DNA of 64,000 nt from Bacillota bacterium (GTDB taxonomy: Bacteria > Bacillota > Clostridia > Christensenellales > SZUA-584). The position numbers and the translations under genes were made by a program. The notes under the pieces are model-generated. The model saw nothing but the letters and a program-made list of their open reading frames with translations, searched no databases and was not told the origin of the DNA. Below, piece after piece: positions 60,414 through 64,000 of the stretch. The DNA lies in the NCBI GenBank assembly GCA_023412005.1, contig JAEYOE010000012.1:324693-388692 (forward strand). The letters are read 5' to 3'. Positions within the stretch are counted from its first letter, which is position 1; each line of letters starts with the position of its first letter.

Positions 60414-62714
60414 ATGAGAAAGAATATAGAACAAGCGAAAGAAATAAGGAAACGAGGCATTGGTAAGAAAATAAGCGCATTAATTATCAGTTCCGTTATT
60501 TTAGTAGTGTTCATTACGGTTGGGTTTTCGATAATTTCATTCATACAGCTTATGAAAGACAAAGCAAAGGTACAAGCCATAAAAGGTGTTGAAGGCCTTT
60601 TTCAACAAATCGACATGCAAAAAGCCAATGCTAAAGACATAGCGGCGCTGTTAGCAACGGATCAAAAAATAATCGACGGTGTACAGAAGAAGGATAAAGA
60701 TGCAATTAAGCAAGTGATGGCTGGAATTTCGGAAAACATTAATGCTGATTTCATCACATTTTCGGATGAGAACGGAACAGCTATCTTCAGAACCCATGAT
60801 CCTGAAAATTTCGGTGACAGTGTGATGGGTGAGGAAAACGTCGTAAGAGCCTTATCTGGTGAGGCCACAACACTCGTGGAAAAGGGGACGGCGATACCGC
60901 TTTCGGTAATCGCATCTTGTCCAATTAAAGATGATTCTGATCATATATTGGGCGTTGTATCAACAGGCACCAGACTTGATAACAATGATTTGTTGGATAA
61001 GAGTAAATCGGTACTGCAAACGGATTTAACAGTTTTTCTAGATAATATTCGCATTGCAACAACCATTGAAAAGGATGGAAAGAGGGTTATCGGCACCGAA
61101 CTCGATCCGAAAATTGCTGATGTGGTACTCAATCAAAAAAACAATTACTCAGGCGAAGCCGATATTATAGGGCAGAAATACATCACTTATTATTCACCAA
61201 TTCTCGATTCTGAAGGAAAAGCAATTGGTTTGTTGTTTGCAGGCCAACCTATGACGCAGTTCTACGCTGATTTAAGCCAGATATTGGTGATCGTTATGAC
61301 AATAGCTGTATTAACGATACTCTTTGTCGTTATTATTTCGGTTCTGATTATTAAAAAGAGCCTTACCAAGCCGCTTCGAGAGACATCTCAGTTGGCTAAC
61401 GAGCTTGCATCAGGAAATCTGGATCACACAATTCTTGTAAAAAACAGGGATGAGATCGGAGACCTCTCAAATATTCTCGATAAAGATGTTCGGCAGGCGT
61501 TTAAGAACATCGAATCGGCAAAAGCCATCGCTGATAAACAGGCAAAGTATCAGGCTCAAGAGGTGGAAAAGGTGGTTGTGAACCTTGAACGGTTGTCTCG
61601 CGGGGAGCTGTACTGCGATATAACCGTTAATGAACCGGATGAAGATACAAAAGAACTATTCCGGGTTTATGATGCCATTGCCTCGAACCTTCGCAATGCA
61701 ATCGGGTCAATGAGCGGCTATATCAGCGAGATCACCCAGGTGCTTGGCGAAATGGCAGATGGCAATCTTGATGTGGGAATCAGAACGGAATACAAAGGAG
61801 ACTTTGTTAAGCTCAAAGAATCTATCAACGGTATCGCAGTATCACTGAATGATGTACTCGGCGAGATCAACATTGCGGCACAGCAGGTGGCATCCGGCAC
61901 GTCGCAAGTGTCAGACGGAAGTCAGGCTATTTCTCAGGGCGCTACCGAGCAAGCCTCAGCCATTGAGCAGCTCACCTCAACTGTCACGGAAATTGCGGCA
62001 CAAACCAAGCAGAATGCGATGAGCGCAAGCAGAGCCAACGAAATGTCTGAAGAAGCGAAAAATAATGCCGTGAAGGGCAACGAACAGATGACGGCACTGC
62101 AACAAGCCATGGCGCAAATTAACGACTCATCCGCAAGCATATCGAAAATCATCAAGGTGATTGACGACATCGCTTTTCAGACGAATATCCTCGCGCTGAA
62201 TGCGGCTGTGGAAGCGGCGCGGGCCGGTGTTCACGGCAAGGGGTTTGCGGTGGTTGCCGAAGAAGTGAGAAACCTAGCGGCCCGCAGCGCGGCTGCGGCC
62301 AAAGAGACCACTGAGCTGATTGAAGGGTCGATTAAAAAGACTGAGGTCGGCACAAAAATTGCGGATGAAACAGCCAAAGCGCTGGAACAAATCGTAAAGG
62401 GCGTCGAGAAAGCCGTTGATCTTGTGGCTGAAATTGCGAGTGCATCCAATCAGCAGGCCACGGCTATCGGTGAAGTGAACAGAGGCATCGAGCAGATGTC
62501 TCAGGTGGTGCAGACGAATTCGGCCACGTCCGAAGAGACAGCAGCGGCCGCCGAAGAGCTCTCGAGCCAGGCAGCCATGCTCAAAGAAATGGTGGGTAAG
62601 TTTGAATTGACGGATGCAGCGGCGATGCCTTTAAAGCAAACCGCTCCACGCACTGAACCATACCAAGAAAAGCAAGGGATTTCGCTCGATGACGGCGATT
62701 TTGGAAAGTATTGA
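60414..62714 (+). CDS. Methyl-accepting chemotaxis protein (Cache-type sensor unlike its neighbour's, HAMP, unassigned insert, HAMP-like segment, signalling domain)
   Basis: Large periplasmic Cache-like region between two TM helices. The downstream part is paralogous to 57871-60132. The C-terminus is DFGKY. Confidence 0.93.
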   Translation: MRKNIEQAKEIRKRGIGKKISALIISSVILVVFITVGFSIISFIQLMKDKAKVQAIKGVEGLFQQIDMQKANAKDIAALLATDQKIIDGVQKKDKDAIKQVMAGISENINADFITFSDENGTAIFRTHDPENFGDSVMGEENVVRALSGEATTLVEKGTAIPLSVIASCPIKDDSDHILGVVSTGTRLDNNDLLDKSKSVLQTDLTVFLDNIRIATTIEKDGKRVIGTELDPKIADVVLNQKNNYSGEADIIGQKYITYYSPILDSEGKAIGLLFAGQPMTQFYADLSQILVIVMTIAVLTILFVVIISVLIIKKSLTKPLRETSQLANELASGNLDHTILVKNRDEIGDLSNILDKDVRQAFKNIESAKAIADKQAKYQAQEVEKVVVNLERLSRGELYCDITVNEPDEDTKELFRVYDAIASNLRNAIGSMSGYISEITQVLGEMADGNLDVGIRTEYKGDFVKLKESINGIAVSLNDVLGEINIAAQQVASGTSQVSDGSQAISQGATEQASAIEQLTSTVTEIAAQTKQNAMSASRANEMSEEAKNNAVKGNEQMTALQQAMAQINDSSASISKIIKVIDDIAFQTNILALNAAVEAARAGVHGKGFAVVAEEVRNLAARSAAAAKETTELIEGSIKKTEVGTKIADETAKALEQIVKGVEKAVDLVAEIASASNQQATAIGEVNRGIEQMSQVVQTNSATSEETAAAAEELSSQAAMLKEMVGKFELTDAAAMPLKQTAPRTEPYQEKQGISLDDGDFGKY

Positions 62715-62734
62715 TTCAATATTAGCCTGAAACG

Positions 62735-62777
62735 GGTTCCCGTGCAGCAAAAATGTGCGGGAACCTTACTTTTTCTC
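62735..62777 (+). terminator. Intrinsic terminator
   Basis: GGTTCCCG...CGGGAACC followed by TTACTTTTTCTC. Confidence 0.75.
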
Positions 62778-62786
62778 GATATAGTC

Positions 62787-62814
62787 TTGCATTATGCACA
62801 TGGTGTGGTATAAT
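62787..62814 (+). promoter_or_regulatory. Sigma-A promoter with an extended -10 element
   Basis: TTGCAT-16 nt-TGgTATAAT. Confidence 0.65.
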
Positions 62815-62840
62815 AAGACAAACTAAATGTTTGATATTGG

Positions 62841-62940
62841 CTTTTAAGCCGATAAAGGCAAACCCGGTGAAAGCCGGGGACGCAAAGCTATGGGGTCTAA
62901 ATCGCTCAGATATGACAGCCCGGCCACCGAAGATTAGAAG
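62841..62940 (+). promoter_or_regulatory. c-di-GMP-I (GEMM-I) riboswitch aptamer
   Basis: AAGGCAAACCCGGUGAAAGCCGGGGACGCAAAGCUAUGGGGUCUAAA...CCCGGCCACCGAAG carries the conserved class I blocks in order (GGCAAACC, GAAA tetraloop, GGGACGCAAAGC, CUAAA, ACCGA). Confidence 0.85.
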
Positions 62941-63132
62941 TTTTTTATTTGCGCCTAAACCCTGATTCGCAGGGTTAAATAGATGGGGAGAAATATCAAA
63001 CAGACGCACTCAAAACATAATACACCATGCGTAATGCAGGTTATTTGCACCACATTCACACCATATTCACACAAAGTGGCCGAGAAAACTCAAGCCCTCT
63101 CCTGACAAAGTTTGTATCCGAAAAGGCGAGGG

Positions 63133-63164
63133 AAAACCACAGCACACGCTGTGGTTTTTCTTTT
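63133..63164. terminator. Intrinsic terminator, strong on the + strand, shared with the convergent DUF1540 gene
   Basis: Stem AACCACAGC-ACAC-GCTGTGGTT followed by TTTTTCTTTT on the + strand. The minus strand has only TTTT. Confidence 0.8.
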
Positions 63165-63187
63165 GCGAACACAGCACCACGTATGCA

Positions 63188-63508
63188 TTATTTGGGGCGG
63201 TATGTCTCGCAATTGCAGATAACCGAATCATGCGCGTCGTCGATTTGAACATTTACCGCACGGCAGTGGAAAGACTTGTTGTAGGTGCATTGTGTGACAT
63301 TACAAGAAATACGCGGCATATGTCCCTCAAGCTCATCGCCGAACTCCGTATCTGCCGGCATCAAGGAAGCGGCTGCAAACGTGTTCTCTTTGGTGTAGGT
63401 ATCGCAGTACGTTTCTTGAGATGTGTTGCTGACCAGAATCATGTTGGCACTGCACCGCTCATGCGAATTATACACGCAGTCAGCGGCCTGGCATTTTAAC
63501 GATTTCAT
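63188..63508 (-). CDS. DUF1540 domain protein (two Cys-rich repeats)
   Basis: Repeats C-x2-C-x-YN...C (KCQAADCVYNSHERC and CNVTQCTYNKSFHC). An AAAGGA SD lies 9 nt before the ATG. Confidence 0.8.
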   Translation of the reverse strand: MKSLKCQAADCVYNSHERCSANMILVSNTSQETYCDTYTKENTFAAASLMPADTEFGDELEGHMPRISCNVTQCTYNKSFHCRAVNVQIDDAHDSVICNCETYRPK

Positions 63509-63907
63509 ACCGGTTTATCCTTTCGTTTCAAATCACCTCGCGGCCCAACTTAAGATTTTGAGCCGGAAACATAGCGGATAGCGGTGAATGCAATCGGGCA
63601 GCCGATGATCACTTGAATCCGTATGCTGATATTTTGTTTTTCTTATTATGTCTGCTGCTTAAAAAAATATGTGTGGCAGCAATAGCATCGCTAATTATGT
63701 CTAAAAATAAAATATTATGGATATTATTGTGAGAAGCAGACGGGCGCTATTGACAAGATATCGGGCACAATTATATAATGATTTTGGTCTACAAGGGCTG
63801 GAATTTCTTGAAGTACGTATTTATTCCCAATTAGACATAGAATAAATTGTCGGGTATGCGTTTTACTTTGTCCGGTATTTTCATTTTTATAGAATTGAAG
63901 GAGATTC

Positions 63908-64000
63908 GTGTTGGACATCAGTTTGTTAAAAGAAAAGAGTTTAATGGACTTGCGTGAAATTGCCAAAATGGCAGGCATAAAGTCGGTAACGAAGTTTCGC
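63908..64000 (+). CDS. 5' fragment of a Rho_N/SAP-like domain protein, possibly transcription termination factor Rho (continues off the window)
   Basis: AAGGAG SD followed by a GTG or TTG start. The N-terminus LDISLLKEKSLMDLREIAKMAGIKSVTKFR resembles Rho N-terminal helices. Only 31 codons are visible. Confidence 0.4.
   Translation, partial: MLDISLLKEKSLMDLREIAKMAGIKSVTKFR

Noticed and set aside
63027-63248. 73-codon + strand ORF downstream of the riboswitch, as a possible regulated gene.
   Set aside because: It has no SD. The frame runs straight through the strong terminator at 63133-63164 and continues antisense into the 3' end of the DUF1540 gene. The translation has no recognisable features.
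63724-63978. 84-aa minus-strand ORF at the right edge.
   Set aside because: It overlaps the SD and start of the + strand Rho_N-like gene. It is AT-rich with a low-complexity translation and has no SD.
1-64000. I looked for CRISPR arrays, tRNA/rRNA genes, IS elements, integrases, phage genes and toxin-antitoxin or defence gene pairs.
   Set aside because: I noticed no spaced direct-repeat arrays, no transposase, integrase or reverse-transcriptase-like translations in the ORF track, and no tRNA-like T-arm motifs in the intergenic spacers. This was a visual scan only; tRNAscan, Infernal and a defence-system finder should confirm it.

Overview
This 64-kb chromosomal segment looks like it comes from a motile, anaerobic, sugar-fermenting Firmicute. 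The evidence is Clostridia-style Shine-Dalgarno sites, His_kinase/YesN three-component sugar sensors, an AraK-type ribulokinase and a DUF1540 gene; the taxonomy is inference only. I support about 48 protein genes. I saw no rRNA, tRNA, CRISPR array, transposase, integrase or phage genes.

Gene order, left to right:
- Purine-related genes: an amidohydrolase, glycerate 2-kinase, a chagasin-like inhibitor and xpt.
- A cheW-mcp pair, a TetR regulator and a membrane GGDEF-EAL protein.
- xylA, a ChvE/MmsAB-type ABC transporter and a xylose sensor operon (small unknown ORF, anchored binding protein, kinase, YesN-type regulator, XylF-like lipoprotein).
- A divergent LacI-PBP-SBP fusion regulator, facing an ABC / FucU / FGGY-kinase / GatD-like / aldo-keto-reductase / GatZ-like operon.
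- A second three-component sensor, a YtfQRT-YjfF-like transporter and ribulokinase-araA-araD.
- A CheY-like / kinase / REC-HDOD set.
- A MoxR-DUF58-transglutaminase operon.
- Three more MCP genes, DUF1540, and the start of a Rho_N-type gene.

Best leads:
1. A class I c-di-GMP riboswitch with its own promoter and terminator but no downstream ORF (62787-63164).
2. A 746-aa cytoplasmic LacI regulator with an extra transporter-type solute-binding domain.
3. A candidate PTS-independent hexitol or rare-sugar pathway with a lone GatZ-type protein.
4. A conserved unassigned cytoplasmic module shared by three chemoreceptors, plus a Cys4 PAS-like module in the fourth.
5. A C-terminal DFGKY pentapeptide on all four MCPs.

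All small-motif coordinates were hand-counted and may be off by 1-2 nt. No database search or folding computation was run.
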